Positions 26,675 through 36,744 are shown, counted from the first letter of the stretch. The stretch: DNA of 64,000 nucleotides from Verrucomicrobiota bacterium (GCA_039818205.1 JBCBUK010000009.1:1-64000), one strand, 5' to 3'. The notes: a model not told the origin generated them from the letters alone. Program-made: numbers and translations.

Positions 26675-29503
26675 TTATCGCGCCTCTTGCGACATAAACC
26701 GAATGAACTCTTTGCCCTCAAAGGCGGGGATGGTCTCATTGACGGTTTTAAAATTGGTCCAACCGCCTAGGTCGTTACTGATTTGAATGCTGTATTCAAA
26801 CTCGACGCTGTTGACCTCATTGATTTTAAGAATCATACTGCCAAAGCGGACATCTTGAACCGATTCGTCCGAGAATAGATTGTAGCTCGTCGGGTCGTCC
26901 TGGACGATTCCAACGACGACATCAAATACGTCGGAGTAATCCTCAGTCGGGTCGAGCGCGGCATTGACGGCAAGCCCATCCTCAATCCCATCGCCGTTGG
27001 TATCTTTCTCGTTCGGGTTGGTGCCGTAGACGACCAGCTCTTGATAGGCGGTCAGGGTGTCTTCGTCGGCATCGGACATGTCCTGCCCAAAAGTGGCCGT
27101 GATCGTTTTGTCGGCATCCATGGTTACGTCGAGTGGATTGTCGCTCCCGGTGGCATCACCCGTCCACATTTCAAATAGATAGCCAGCATCTGGAGTGGCG
27201 GTCAGGGCGACGATATCGCCATCAAGATGCGTGCTATTGCCAACCGGCGAGACAGACCCACCTGAATCCGCCGAAGTAATCAACGCATACTGGGGCACGG
27301 ATGAGTTGCCGAATTCGTAGGCGCCCAAATCAAGCGAGCCGTCTTGCACGCGATTGAAGCCCGCCAAGTCGATTGGCAGGAGCTCGGTTTTGTCACCATC
27401 GATATCGAGATCGTAATGGTCATTGGGAAGGTCGCTTATTGAACCGAGACCGATCGCTGGGCTGGTCGCTTGGAGCCGAAAGCCGTCATCCGCAGTGCCC
27501 CAGGTATCATCGAGCCCAATCGGGCTGCTCTCATCGACAAAGAGCGGATCGCTATCGATAATGGTTTGCGAGGTGTCGCCAAGCAGAATCGATGCCTCAG
27601 GGGCTGATCCAATACTAGCCAACCCGCCCGCTAAGATGTTTTTCGCGTCACCACCAGGGACGAGGAAATCAGAAATGATATTCGTTAGAACGGCGTCGCT
27701 CGAAAGATAAATTAAGTCACCTGTAGCAGGTGTTGTTGGATGCCAAAACAGATTGTCGATGACAACCGTCTGACCGTTCAACCAAAGGGTTTGGCCAGTT
27801 GAGTCCGCAGAATTGTAAAGGAATGTGTTTAGTTGTAGGACTACCTCGTTGTTTTCGGAATGAATTGCTCCTCCTTGATTGGATGCCGAATTGCCGACGA
27901 TTAGGTTGTTGGTGACGAGCGGTTCACCTCTAGACCATAGTCTAATGGCTCCGCCATTAGCTGCCGTGTTTTCGGAAAAAATAGAGTTTGTTACGTTACC
28001 ACTGGTTGAAACGGCTCCGCCGTATTCTCCAGCGCGATTATTCTCGAAACTACAGTCTTTGATCAGTGTACCGTAAAATAGGGCACCACCATCCCTTGCC
28101 GCCGAGTTATCTTTAAATTCACAATCCTTGATCGAAGAGTAGCGACCGTGTATTGCACCACCATCGCTTGCGGAATCATTTGATTCAAATGTGCAATTTT
28201 CTATAGACCCTGAAAAAGCAAAGATTGCTCCACCACCACTGGAATCATACTCAATTATGGCAAGAGATCGATTGCTAATGAACACTGAATCAATAGCTTT
28301 CACATAGTCGCTTTTGATTGCTCCTCCAATATCGTTTCGATTCTCCTCGAAATGGCTGTCTATCACGAAGATACTTACGCTGTAGTATTCGAAATCGCCA
28401 TCAATTCCGCCACCCGTGTTTTGAAGAAAAATACATTCTTTGAACAAATGAGTCTTCGCCGTTTCGTCGTTATTGTATTTTCTAATGTACACTCCACCAG
28501 AATTTCGTACGAAACTACAGCGAGTCGCTTGGATTTGAGAGTGGTTTCTGGTGGCTATACCTTTACCTGCGTTGTCTGTAAATTCGGTATCTTCACAGAA
28601 TATGTTGCTGTTCCGATCATCTTTGATGGCTGTCCCGTCATTGTTGATGAATTTGCAATCGGCAAAACTGGCATCTGTCTGGCCAAAGAATAGGCCGGCG
28701 CCATCAGGCGCTTTATTATAGCTGAAAGTTGAATCAGCGGAAGCGATCGTGGAATTTGGAGTAAGCGATGGCTTGAGATAGATAGCTCCGCCGGAAACTA
28801 TTGCCGTACAGCCTGATATGGCCGATGATTGAAGTACTATATTGCTGCTTTCGTTGAAATATAATCCCCCGCCTCGTTCTGAAACGCACTCCGTCACCGT
28901 GACAGACGCCAACTCGAGCTGTATACTGCTATTTGCGTAGATGCCTCCTCCGGCTCGCTCTGCATGGCACTCCGAGATTGTAACAGACTCCAATGCGAGT
29001 TGAACAATATTGCCGACATAAATACCCCCGCCGCTATCGTGCGGAGCGGCATCTCCGTTGGCATTGCCCTTGGTGATTGTGAGGCCATTGATTACTGCGT
29101 CGCCTTCAACAGTCACCACGTGTAAGGACCAAAACTCTTGCTCGGCGAAGATTTCACCACTCAAGGTGGTGATGTTGGTTTCCAGGTCTCGTTCGGACGT
29201 GTCCGTTTCTGTTCCGGCGAAACCACCGTATAGTTCGACGCTGCCCTTCATGGTGAATGTCGCTAAGCGATCGCCGCCGGTGACACTGGCTCCGTCGTCC
29301 GGATAGTAGGTGCCAGCGGCAATCCAAACGTCATCGCTGCGCCCAGCTACAGTTTGGTCCAGGGCGTCCTGCAGGTGTTGGAAGGCCGTTGCCCAGCTGG
29401 AACCATCTCCACCGGGGGCCGCATTGGTGTCGACGTAAAATCGGTCTGCGTACACGCTTCCGATTGTCGCAATCAAGCAGAGGAAAATGGGGATGCGTAT
29501 CAC
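26675..29503 (-). CDS. Secreted beta-helix protein with Pmp-type GGA(I/L)/FxxN repeats, choice-of-anchor-Q-like segment, InlB-B-like repeat and Ca-binding DxDxDG motifs
   Basis: YVD..APGGDGSSWATAF..LQDAL start; repeated FxxNxA..GGAI; LQATSPAIG..DLAG..R..DLGAYE; LTATPDAGYLFEMWTGD; GTNPNEKDTNGDG. Confidence 0.82.
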   Translation of the reverse strand: MIRIPIFLCLIATIGSVYADRFYVDTNAAPGGDGSSWATAFQHLQDALDQTVAGRSDDVWIAAGTYYPDDGASVTGGDRLATFTMKGSVELYGGFAGTETDTSERDLETNITTLSGEIFAEQEFWSLHVVTVEGDAVINGLTITKGNANGDAAPHDSGGGIYVGNIVQLALESVTISECHAERAGGGIYANSSIQLELASVTVTECVSERGGGLYFNESSNIVLQSSAISGCTAIVSGGAIYLKPSLTPNSTIASADSTFSYNKAPDGAGLFFGQTDASFADCKFINNDGTAIKDDRNSNIFCEDTEFTDNAGKGIATRNHSQIQATRCSFVRNSGGVYIRKYNNDETAKTHLFKECIFLQNTGGGIDGDFEYYSVSIFVIDSHFEENRNDIGGAIKSDYVKAIDSVFISNRSLAIIEYDSSGGGAIFAFSGSIENCTFESNDSASDGGAIHGRYSSIKDCEFKDNSAARDGGALFYGTLIKDCSFENNRAGEYGGAVSTSGNVTNSIFSENTAANGGAIRLWSRGEPLVTNNLIVGNSASNQGGAIHSENNEVVLQLNTFLYNSADSTGQTLWLNGQTVVIDNLFWHPTTPATGDLIYLSSDAVLTNIISDFLVPGGDAKNILAGGLASIGSAPEASILLGDTSQTIIDSDPLFVDESSPIGLDDTWGTADDGFRLQATSPAIGLGSISDLPNDHYDLDIDGDKTELLPIDLAGFNRVQDGSLDLGAYEFGNSSVPQYALITSADSGGSVSPVGNSTHLDGDIVALTATPDAGYLFEMWTGDATGSDNPLDVTMDADKTITATFGQDMSDADEDTLTAYQELVVYGTNPNEKDTNGDGIEDGLAVNAALDPTEDYSDVFDVVVGIVQDDPTSYNLFSDESVQDVRFGSMILKINEVNSVEFEYSIQISNDLGGWTNFKTVNETIPAFEGKEFIRFMSQEAR

Positions 29504-29723
29504 GCTATCGAAATTGACACATAGCGCTCGATTTTGAAAGGCCTATTTCAGGTATAGATTGTTACTATTTGCTGGTGCTGTGCCAGGCTTTAGCACAGAA
29601 ATGTAACACGGCACTTTCAATACCACGCACGATTACCTCCCTATCGAGCGTGGTCCCATAGTTGTCTAGCCGCCAAAAAAGCGGGCAGTCAGAGGTCCTA
29701 ATCAGGTAGGACCCCAGAGCGAA

Positions 29724-30101
29724 TTACGCGGACTTCAGGTCTTCCAGCGCGATCTCGGTTGCGTCTTTCCACAGCTGCTCCAGGCGGTAGTTGTCTCGCA
29801 TGTCTTCGGTGAAAAGGTGCACCATGAAATCGAAGGCATCGACGACCTGCCAGCCACTATCTTGACCGCTTTCGGCACCGAGCACGCTGGCCTTGGACTC
29901 CTTCAGGCTCTGTTCAACAGCGCCGCGCAAGGCCTTCAAGTGGGGCTGAGAGTTACCCGTTGCGATAATCAGGTAGTCGGTCACGGTGGAAATCCCGCGT
30001 ACATCGAGTATCTTTAGATCGAGGGCCTTCTTGTCATCCAGGGCTTCGCAGCAATGCGCGATTAGGGCACGGGTCTCGGTATTCGAATCAGTAGTCGGCA
30101 T
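29724..30101 (-). CDS. rsfS: Ribosome silencing factor
   Basis: ALDDKKALD..ILDV..TDYLIIATGNS..W.VVD..VHLF..R..YRLEQLW. Confidence 0.95.
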   Translation of the reverse strand: MPTTDSNTETRALIAHCCEALDDKKALDLKILDVRGISTVTDYLIIATGNSQPHLKALRGAVEQSLKESKASVLGAESGQDSGWQVVDAFDFMVHLFTEDMRDNYRLEQLWKDATEIALEDLKSA

Positions 30102-30112
30102 AAAATTGTTTA

Positions 30113-30694
30113 TCAGCGATAGAGTCTATTGTCTTTGATATAGCTAATGAGGCGTGGGGGCAAGAAAAAGTCAAGGGGACGATTGTCCGTGGCGCGTTCT
30201 CGTATCTCACTGGAGCTGAGTTCCATTTGACGTGCGGAGACTTCGATCATGCGTTCGGCAGGCACGAGGCGAGGGGGCTCGAAACCGTAACCGGGTCGTT
30301 TGAGGCAGAGGAACGTTACGATTTCCGCGATCTCTCCAATGGCGCGCCAGTCGTCCAGCTGCGCAATTTGATCAGCGCCCAGGAGCCAAAACAGCTCATC
30401 TTGGGGCCATCGATCGTGTAGCAGCCGGAGCGTATCAATCGTGTAGCTGACACCGCCACGGTCAATCTCGTCGGTCAGCAGTCCAAATGAGGGGTTCGAT
30501 TCGATCGCCATCTGGATCATGGCGACACGTTGTTCGGCAGTGGCTCCGGGCGGCCCACTTTTCTTGAGGGGTGCTTGGGCGGCGGGGATAAAATACAGGT
30601 GATCCAGCCCTGCTAGCTCACAGGTATCCTGAGCCAGCAGGAGGTGTCCGTGATGGATGGGGTCGAAGCTGCCGCCATATATTCCGATTCGCAT
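30113..30694 (-). CDS. nadD: Nicotinate-nucleotide adenylyltransferase
   Basis: GGSFDPIHHGH, SYTIDTL, LGAD, LSSSEIR; adjacent to rsfS. Confidence 0.95.
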   Translation of the reverse strand: MRIGIYGGSFDPIHHGHLLLAQDTCELAGLDHLYFIPAAQAPLKKSGPPGATAEQRVAMIQMAIESNPSFGLLTDEIDRGGVSYTIDTLRLLHDRWPQDELFWLLGADQIAQLDDWRAIGEIAEIVTFLCLKRPGYGFEPPRLVPAERMIEVSARQMELSSSEIRERATDNRPLDFFLPPRLISYIKDNRLYR

Positions 30695-30798
30695 GGTTTT
30701 CGTAGGTTACCTTTTGTTTACCGGTCGTTGACCCCGAAAGCCAATTTCTTTTCGGCGATTTGCCCAAGAAAAGGCTTTAATGTGTTGGTTGTCGGTGC

Positions 30799-31518
30799 AT
30801 GCTCACGATCGTGGACCCTGAAATAGAGCAGCTTTTGATACTCCAGGACCGCGATACGCGGCTCTTCAACATTTTGACCTCCCTGAAGTCGATTCCGCTG
30901 GAGTTGGCGAAATACGAGAAGAAGATCGCCGCAGAAGAGGCTGAAATTGCCGCAGCTCGCCAGTCGCTGCAAGAGCTCGAAGTGCGCCGGAAGGACTTGG
31001 ACAACGATGTCAAGTCGGCCGAAAGCCAGATCATCAAGTACAAGAACCAGCAGCTCGAGGTTAAGAAAAACGAGGAATATCAGGCGCTGACCCACGAGAT
31101 TGAGCTGACCGAAAGCAAGATCAGTGAATTGGAAGAAGCCGAGATTGCATTGATGCTCGAGATCGATGAGGTCAGCCAGCAATTTGATTCACACAAAGCG
31201 GAAGGCGATGATCGCATACAGCTTTACCGGGACGAAATTGAAACGCTGAAGGACCGTGAACTTACCCTCAATAAGGAGATCGATACCGCGAAAGCCGATG
31301 TCCAAGAAGCCGAACAGGAATGTTCGGACAAGTATTTGACCGTTTATCAGCGGGTGAAGCGGCGCCGGCCCAAGCCGCCATTTGTGTCTCCAATTGAAGA
31401 GCATAAGTGCGGTGGTTGCCACCTCAAGGTTTCGTCCGAGACCGAATCTGGAACCCGTAAGAAAGAGGGTCCGGTAACCTGCGAAAACTGCGGACGCATG
31501 GTCTATTGGGAACTCTAG
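30799..31518 (+). CDS. Coiled-coil C4-type zinc-ribbon protein (DUF164/CT398-like)
   Basis: LLILQDRD start, long coiled coil, CGGCH..CENCGRMVY. Confidence 0.9.
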   Translation: MLTIVDPEIEQLLILQDRDTRLFNILTSLKSIPLELAKYEKKIAAEEAEIAAARQSLQELEVRRKDLDNDVKSAESQIIKYKNQQLEVKKNEEYQALTHEIELTESKISELEEAEIALMLEIDEVSQQFDSHKAEGDDRIQLYRDEIETLKDRELTLNKEIDTAKADVQEAEQECSDKYLTVYQRVKRRRPKPPFVSPIEEHKCGGCHLKVSSETESGTRKKEGPVTCENCGRMVYWEL

Positions 31519-31528
31519 GCAGGCGCGG

Positions 31529-31858
31529 ATGAGCAAATATTGGATTTGCCTGTTGATGGCCGGGCTTTTCGAAATTGGATGGCCCATCGGGTTGAAGATC
31601 TCTCAGACCACCAACCGTGTTGCCTTGGGCATTGTGATTGCGGTTGCCTCAATGAGTGTTAGCGGTGCCTTCCTGTGGGTGGCTCAGAAAAAAATCCCGA
31701 TTGGCACCGCCTATGCCGTGTGGACGGGGATTGGCGCTGCGGGAACCTTCGTGGTCGGCGTGATGGTCTTCGGGGATTCGACAAACTGGATCCGCTGGAT
31801 GGGGGTTGCACTCATCATTGGCGGCGTCGTAACCTTGAAATTGGCGGGTCAGCCGTAA
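31529..31858 (+). CDS. sugE: SMR-family exporter, Gdx/SugE-like
   Basis: WICLLMAGLFEIGWPIGLK; IPIGTAYAVWTGIGAAG; four TM segments. Confidence 0.8.
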   Translation: MSKYWICLLMAGLFEIGWPIGLKISQTTNRVALGIVIAVASMSVSGAFLWVAQKKIPIGTAYAVWTGIGAAGTFVVGVMVFGDSTNWIRWMGVALIIGGVVTLKLAGQP

Positions 31859-31875
31859 AGGTAGTTGGCATAAGC

Positions 31876-33006
31876 ATGAAATACGTTCCGGAAAAACCCG
31901 CCATTTACGGCGAAACACTCGACTCACTTCAAGGCCGGCTCGCCGACATTGGGGAGAAACCGTTTCGGGCTGGGCAGATTATGGACTGGCTATACAAGAA
32001 GCGCGCCTCGTCTGCTCAGGACATGAGCAATCTCAGCAAGGAGTTGCGAGCTTGGCTGGAGGAGACTTTTGAATTTGCGCCTGCTACGCCGATCCTCGAC
32101 AAACGGTCGGGTGATGTCACCGACAAGCTTTTGCTCCAGCTTGGTGATCGTTCGTTGATCGAAACGGTGATTATTCGCGCGCCACAAAAAGGCGTCGGGC
32201 AAGAGAAGTCACGCAAGACGATCTGTATCTCGACTCAGGTTGGCTGCGCCTACGGTTGCAAGTTTTGTGCGTCGGGGCTTGCCGGTTGGAAGCGTGACCT
32301 CTCAACCGGAGAAATTGTCGCCCAATTAATCGAGGTCTGCCGTCGCGAGGATCCCCATACGCCGCGAGTGCGTGAGGAGTTGGCCAGCTTCGATAACCTC
32401 GTTGTGATGGGTATGGGGGAGCCGTTGGCCAACTATGATAGCTTGCTGCAGGCGCTGACGATTTTGAATGCGGAGTGGGGCCTCAATTTTGGTGCCCGTC
32501 GGATAACTATTTCGACCTCGGGATTAGTTCCCAAGATCTACCAGCTCGCAGAAGAGCCCATGGGATTTCGCCTTGCGATATCGTTGCATGGTGCGACCAA
32601 CGAGGTTCGTGAGCAGATCATGCCGGTCAACAAGCGCTGGCCCTTGGAAGAGTTATTGCCGGCGGCAAAGGCCTTCAGCGATCAGCATGGCCGAATGATT
32701 ACCCTCGAATTCATTTTGATTGCCGAGATCAATGATTCGGAGGAACAAGCCAAAGCCCTGGCGAGAATCGCCCGCAACCTGCATGCCCATGTGAATTTAA
32801 TTCCTTACAATACCGTGCAGGGATTGGATTGGGTACGTCCCAGTGTCGAGAGCCAAGAAGCCTTTGTATCAATCCTGCATGACGCGAAAGTCTCCGCGAC
32901 GCTTCGGCGCGAAAAGGGCCACGATATCAATGCCGCTTGTGGTCAACTGCGCCTCCAGGAGGAGCGTGAGCGCGGGGAGATTTCACCGGTGCCTGTAAAG
33001 CACTAG
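31876..33006 (+). CDS. rlmN: 23S rRNA/tRNA C2-methyltransferase (radical SAM)
   Basis: CISTQVGCAYGCKFCASG, MGMGEP, ITISTSG, ISLH, NLIPYN, DINAACGQL; start assigned to ATG 31876. Confidence 0.95.
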   Translation: MKYVPEKPAIYGETLDSLQGRLADIGEKPFRAGQIMDWLYKKRASSAQDMSNLSKELRAWLEETFEFAPATPILDKRSGDVTDKLLLQLGDRSLIETVIIRAPQKGVGQEKSRKTICISTQVGCAYGCKFCASGLAGWKRDLSTGEIVAQLIEVCRREDPHTPRVREELASFDNLVVMGMGEPLANYDSLLQALTILNAEWGLNFGARRITISTSGLVPKIYQLAEEPMGFRLAISLHGATNEVREQIMPVNKRWPLEELLPAAKAFSDQHGRMITLEFILIAEINDSEEQAKALARIARNLHAHVNLIPYNTVQGLDWVRPSVESQEAFVSILHDAKVSATLRREKGHDINAACGQLRLQEERERGEISPVPVKH

Positions 33007-33749
33007 CGCGCGGCAAACTTGCCTTGATTACGTTTGGCGAGTTCGCGCAGAAACTCCTTACCGTGAGTCGCCTGATAGGATACCGTGTGGATAACCACGG
33101 GCTTCTCCCGGTTTAGTTGCATGGTTTCAACCATACCAAAAATAAAGTCTGGTGAACGGCTTGGAGCGCCGTCGCTTAGGAGGACGATGGTTTCAACATC
33201 TGGATCTTGGAAAGCATTTTCGAGGGCGCCGCTTACATAGGTTCCTCCTTCGGGACCTTGCCGATTTAGCCAGCTGATTGCCTCGGCCTTAAACGCCTTG
33301 GTTGCGGGCTGAATTGTTGGTTTGAGCGAGGTCGATCCATTGGAAAAAAGAATGACGTTAAAATCCGAAGGCATTTCTATATTGTCGATGACATCCTCGA
33401 GGTTGTGCAGAAGCTTCTCCCATCTGCGGCCCTCCATGCTGCCGGACTTATCGATCACAAAAACAATTCGTGAGGAACGAACGCGTATTCCCATGAATTC
33501 GAACTGAACAAAGCCTCGATCGTACTCGTTGCGCCATTTCTGAAGATAGGCTTGGTCTTCCGCGCTGAAACGATCGAAATTGACCGTTACCGTATGGTTG
33601 TCTTCTCGACGAATAACAACCTTTCCATCTGCCGGATTATAATTGACCAAGCTCGCACGAATCGTGCGTCCATCTGAACTGGTAAAAGTTCGGATTTCCT
33701 GTCCCAGAAGGGGAACCGCGAGCAATATGAAAAAAGCAATGATGCGCAT
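33003..33749 (-). CDS. Secreted SHD1 + von Willebrand A domain protein
   Basis: Signal peptide; RTFTSSDGRTIRA..FSAEDQAYL (SHD1-like); MIDAS DKSGSM..GGT..LSDG. Confidence 0.85.
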   Translation of the reverse strand: MRIIAFFILLAVPLLGQEIRTFTSSDGRTIRASLVNYNPADGKVVIRREDNHTVTVNFDRFSAEDQAYLQKWRNEYDRGFVQFEFMGIRVRSSRIVFVIDKSGSMEGRRWEKLLHNLEDVIDNIEMPSDFNVILFSNGSTSLKPTIQPATKAFKAEAISWLNRQGPEGGTYVSGALENAFQDPDVETIVLLSDGAPSRSPDFIFGMVETMQLNREKPVVIHTVSYQATHGKEFLRELAKRNQGKFAAR

Positions 33750-33852
33750 CTCGCCAAATAGTATGAATTCTCAACTTTGTGAGACAAGAAATTATTCAAT
33801 ACTAATGACTAGATCTGGCCAGATGATTTCTTCGAATGAGTCGTTGCGGGGC

Positions 33853-34905
33853 TCAGTTCTCCGGGGCTTTTTCGGTAGGGTCTGGAAACTCTACGTAAAA
33901 GATACTGCCTTGTGATTCTTCACGGTTTTCTGCCCAGACTTTACCGTACATCTGTTCGACCAGCGTTTTTACGATCGAGAGACCCAGCCCAGTTGAACTT
34001 TCCCCACCCGTTGGTTTGGCGCTACCGCGGGCAAATCGGCCAAATAGTTTTTCAAGATCATTTGGTGAGAGGCCTGGACCCTGGTCGACAATGGCTACCT
34101 GCACGCCGGAATCATCATCTTTTCGGCCGACTTCGACCCGAATCGTTGAGCCACGAGGTGAGTATTTTACGGCGTTGTTGATCAGGTTATCGAGTATCTC
34201 CCAGGCACGGGTTGCGTCGCCAAAAAAAGTCGATTTTTCGACCCGCTCGACGAACTCAATTGAAATACCTTTCTTCTTTGCACCTGGGCGATTGAAGTCG
34301 ACGACATCCGCCACCAACGGATTGAGAATGACGCACGCTTGGGCGAGTTGCTGAGCACCGCTCTCCAGTGCCTCCACATTCAGCAGATCCCGAATTAGGA
34401 TCAACATGTGGTTAGCGCTGTCCTGGATGTCACCCAACATTGCGGTCATCCGCACTTTTCGTTCTTCTGGCAAATCCTCGAGGCTTTCGAGATCTTCTTC
34501 AATGAGCTCGGCCATGCCACGAATACTGCTAAGCGGATTTTTAAGGTCATGAGCCGCAATGCCCAGAAACTCTGATTTACGATAGTTCGCGGATTCTGCG
34601 CGGCCTTGGGCGGCCTCGGCCGTGGCTTTGGCTTCGGTGAGCTCCTTTTCCGCGACGTGCCGTTGGTGAATCTCATACTTGAGGGATAGGCGCCAGATGA
34701 GGATTACCATAACGACGATCAGGATCACCACGCTGATGTTGAATGTCAGCGTCGCAGGCATAGCCGGTGCTAACACAGCATTAGCTGCGTTGGCGCCAGA
34801 GATATTCAGTAGGAGGCAAATGCTTGTTGTCCAAAGGCTTCTCAACGGCACATAAATCGGCTGCTGGGTTGTATCCTTTAGCAAATAAATGCATTTTGAG
34901 CGCAT
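33853..34905 (-). CDS. Membrane-anchored sensor histidine kinase (start uncertain)
   Basis: H-box AAHDLKNPL, N-box NLINNAVKY, DQGPG, G-box STGLGL. Confidence 0.92.
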   Translation of the reverse strand: MRSKCIYLLKDTTQQPIYVPLRSLWTTSICLLLNISGANAANAVLAPAMPATLTFNISVVILIVVMVILIWRLSLKYEIHQRHVAEKELTEAKATAEAAQGRAESANYRKSEFLGIAAHDLKNPLSSIRGMAELIEEDLESLEDLPEERKVRMTAMLGDIQDSANHMLILIRDLLNVEALESGAQQLAQACVILNPLVADVVDFNRPGAKKKGISIEFVERVEKSTFFGDATRAWEILDNLINNAVKYSPRGSTIRVEVGRKDDDSGVQVAIVDQGPGLSPNDLEKLFGRFARGSAKPTGGESSTGLGLSIVKTLVEQMYGKVWAENREESQGSIFYVEFPDPTEKAPEN

Positions 34906-34948
34906 GTTTATTCGAAATAGGCTGTCTACCCGGGTTTGCTAATACTGG

Positions 34949-36142
34949 TCAATCATTAGTTGCCCCAGAAACACAGTTTGCCTGAGAACGCCCTTTCCAC
35001 TGGCCGCCAACGCCCAAATGGTAGCGACGGGCACTGTCTATCGTTGCCATTAGGTAGAATAACGCCGTGGCTGGCAGAGCAAATACGATTAGGAAACTGC
35101 GGGCAGTTTTCTGATTGTTGTAGAATCGGACCATGGGCCAAAAAGTCACGATCATGGCAAGCCAGGCCAACAATCCAGGAGCCAGAATTCCGATCTGGCC
35201 GAATATTAGCCCGATGGCAATTGCCGCCCAAGGCACCAAAAAGGTAAGGCCGAGCCCCAGAACACACCCAAGGAGAATGAGCGGATTGTGTCTTAGCTGA
35301 GTGTAGGCTGAACGCGCAATCATTGTCCAGAGTCCACTAAAATTGCCGTAACCTCGGGCGCTAACTGTTTCGCGAGTGAGTTCCAGCCAAAGCGATCCGC
35401 CAGAATCCTTCACTTCTCGCGCGAGCGTGCAGTCGTCAATCAGGGCGTCTCGGATGGCGTCTACACCGCCAATCCGGGCCAACCGATCCGCGCGAAGAAG
35501 CACGCAGCCACCAGCCGCCGCCGCGAAGAATGGGGAAGGTGAATTGCTCCAGCGGAACGGGTAGAGCATTTGGAAAAAGTAGACAAACGCAGGAATGATG
35601 AACTGCTCGGCAATGGTGTCGGTCTTGAGTAGTGCCATTCGCGAAACGAGATCGCGCTGGTCGCCTTCAGCACGTTTGACTAACTGTTCTAACGTGTTCG
35701 GCTGGTGGAGGATATCAGCATCGGTGAACCAGATGAAGTCTGGCGACATCTCGCTGGGTAGCTCAGAGCCTTGTTTCATAGCCCAGACTTTGCCGGCCCA
35801 GCCACGGGGAAGCGGTTGTCCGGCCAGCACGGTCAATCGAAGATCCTTTTGTGCGGCCTCTGCCGCCTGGATGCTCGTGTCGTCGTCGCTATTGTCATCC
35901 ACCACGATCAACTCCAGCGGGCCTGGGTAGGTTTGGCCAAGAACGGCGCGGACAGTGTCGGCGATGACTTCCGCTTCGTTCCGCGCTGGCACCACTACGC
36001 GGACGCGGGGCCAACCGTCTGGCTCCGTTGGACTCCAGGATGGCGTTGGCGGGATTGCGGTGGTCCAAAACCGACCATGCAGTAGGCTCAGGTAGATCCA
36101 GCTGATCAACGAAAGTATCGCGATCCCAGAAAGTATCGACAT
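34949..36142 (-). CDS. GT2 glycosyltransferase, hopanoid-associated HpnB-like
   Basis: VVVPARNEA, VVDDNSDD, GWAGKVWA, FTDADI, AAAAGGCVL, IDDCTLA, W.MIARSAYTQL, GGQWKGR. Confidence 0.8.
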   Translation of the reverse strand: MSILSGIAILSLISWIYLSLLHGRFWTTAIPPTPSWSPTEPDGWPRVRVVVPARNEAEVIADTVRAVLGQTYPGPLELIVVDDNSDDDTSIQAAEAAQKDLRLTVLAGQPLPRGWAGKVWAMKQGSELPSEMSPDFIWFTDADILHQPNTLEQLVKRAEGDQRDLVSRMALLKTDTIAEQFIIPAFVYFFQMLYPFRWSNSPSPFFAAAAGGCVLLRADRLARIGGVDAIRDALIDDCTLAREVKDSGGSLWLELTRETVSARGYGNFSGLWTMIARSAYTQLRHNPLILLGCVLGLGLTFLVPWAAIAIGLIFGQIGILAPGLLAWLAMIVTFWPMVRFYNNQKTARSFLIVFALPATALFYLMATIDSARRYHLGVGGQWKGRSQANCVSGATND

Positions 36143-36168
36143 TGGAAGGTCCGCTGGCGGGGAGACGG

Positions 36169-36744
36169 CTAGGCGTTGCCTGACTTCATCTCCTCGAGCT
36201 GAGGTTTGATTACTCGGTCGTAATAGTCCGGGTCGATACCATGGGAAACCTTCAGGCCAAGATGGCGCTCAATGAATTCCTCGATCGTTTGCCAACCTTC
36301 GTCGGGGAAATTGATCTTCTTAGTGTAGGCACACATGGTGAGGATGTTTTCCAGCGATTTGATGCGGGAAGTGCTTTCAAGGATGCGTTCAGCGACGCGT
36401 AAGCGCATGTGTAATTGATTGCGGTCCAATGGTTTACTGAGGAAGTCGTCGACCCCTGTATCCATTGCTTGAACGTAGTTTTGCTCATCCGCAACATTCG
36501 CGGTGAGCATGATGAAATAGGTATAATCGGTATTCGGGCGTTCGCGGATTCGCTTAAGGAAGCCCAGACCATCCAAATTCGGCATCAGCCAATCGCTAAC
36601 GACGATTCGGGTCGGGCAGGCATCAAAGATTCGGAACGCCTCCTCTCCATCGTTGGCAACTGTGACTTGATATCCCATCTGCTCGAGATTCGTCTTAAGC
36701 AAATTCTGCGAGATGATATCGTCTTCAGCGATGAGAACGTTCAT
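36169..36744 (-). CDS. Response regulator (REC plus short C-terminal domain)
   Basis: VLIAEDD..VSDWLMPNLDG..MLTA..FLSKP; start assigned to ATG 36744. Confidence 0.9.
   Translation of the reverse strand: MNVLIAEDDIISQNLLKTNLEQMGYQVTVANDGEEAFRIFDACPTRIVVSDWLMPNLDGLGFLKRIRERPNTDYTYFIMLTANVADEQNYVQAMDTGVDDFLSKPLDRNQLHMRLRVAERILESTSRIKSLENILTMCAYTKKINFPDEGWQTIEEFIERHLGLKVSHGIDPDYYDRVIKPQLEEMKSGNA

Noticed and set aside
26510..26675. Structured RNA or riboswitch upstream of the small PEP-CTERM gene
   Set aside because: Only short hairpins; no recognisable family motif.
29694..29713. Hairpin GGTCCTA-N6-TAGGACC downstream of rsfS as REP or att site
   Set aside because: Single copy with no match to the tRNA or the Y1 repeats; at most a weak terminator.
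31500..31530. Guanidine riboswitch upstream of the Gdx/SugE-like gene
   Set aside because: Only 10 bp of intergenic space and no riboswitch motif seen.
31675..31875. N-terminal extension of RlmN (likewise 51384-51641 for the flavoprotein and 62633-62887 for PrmC)
   Set aside because: The extensions overlap neighbouring genes; homology starts at later ATGs.
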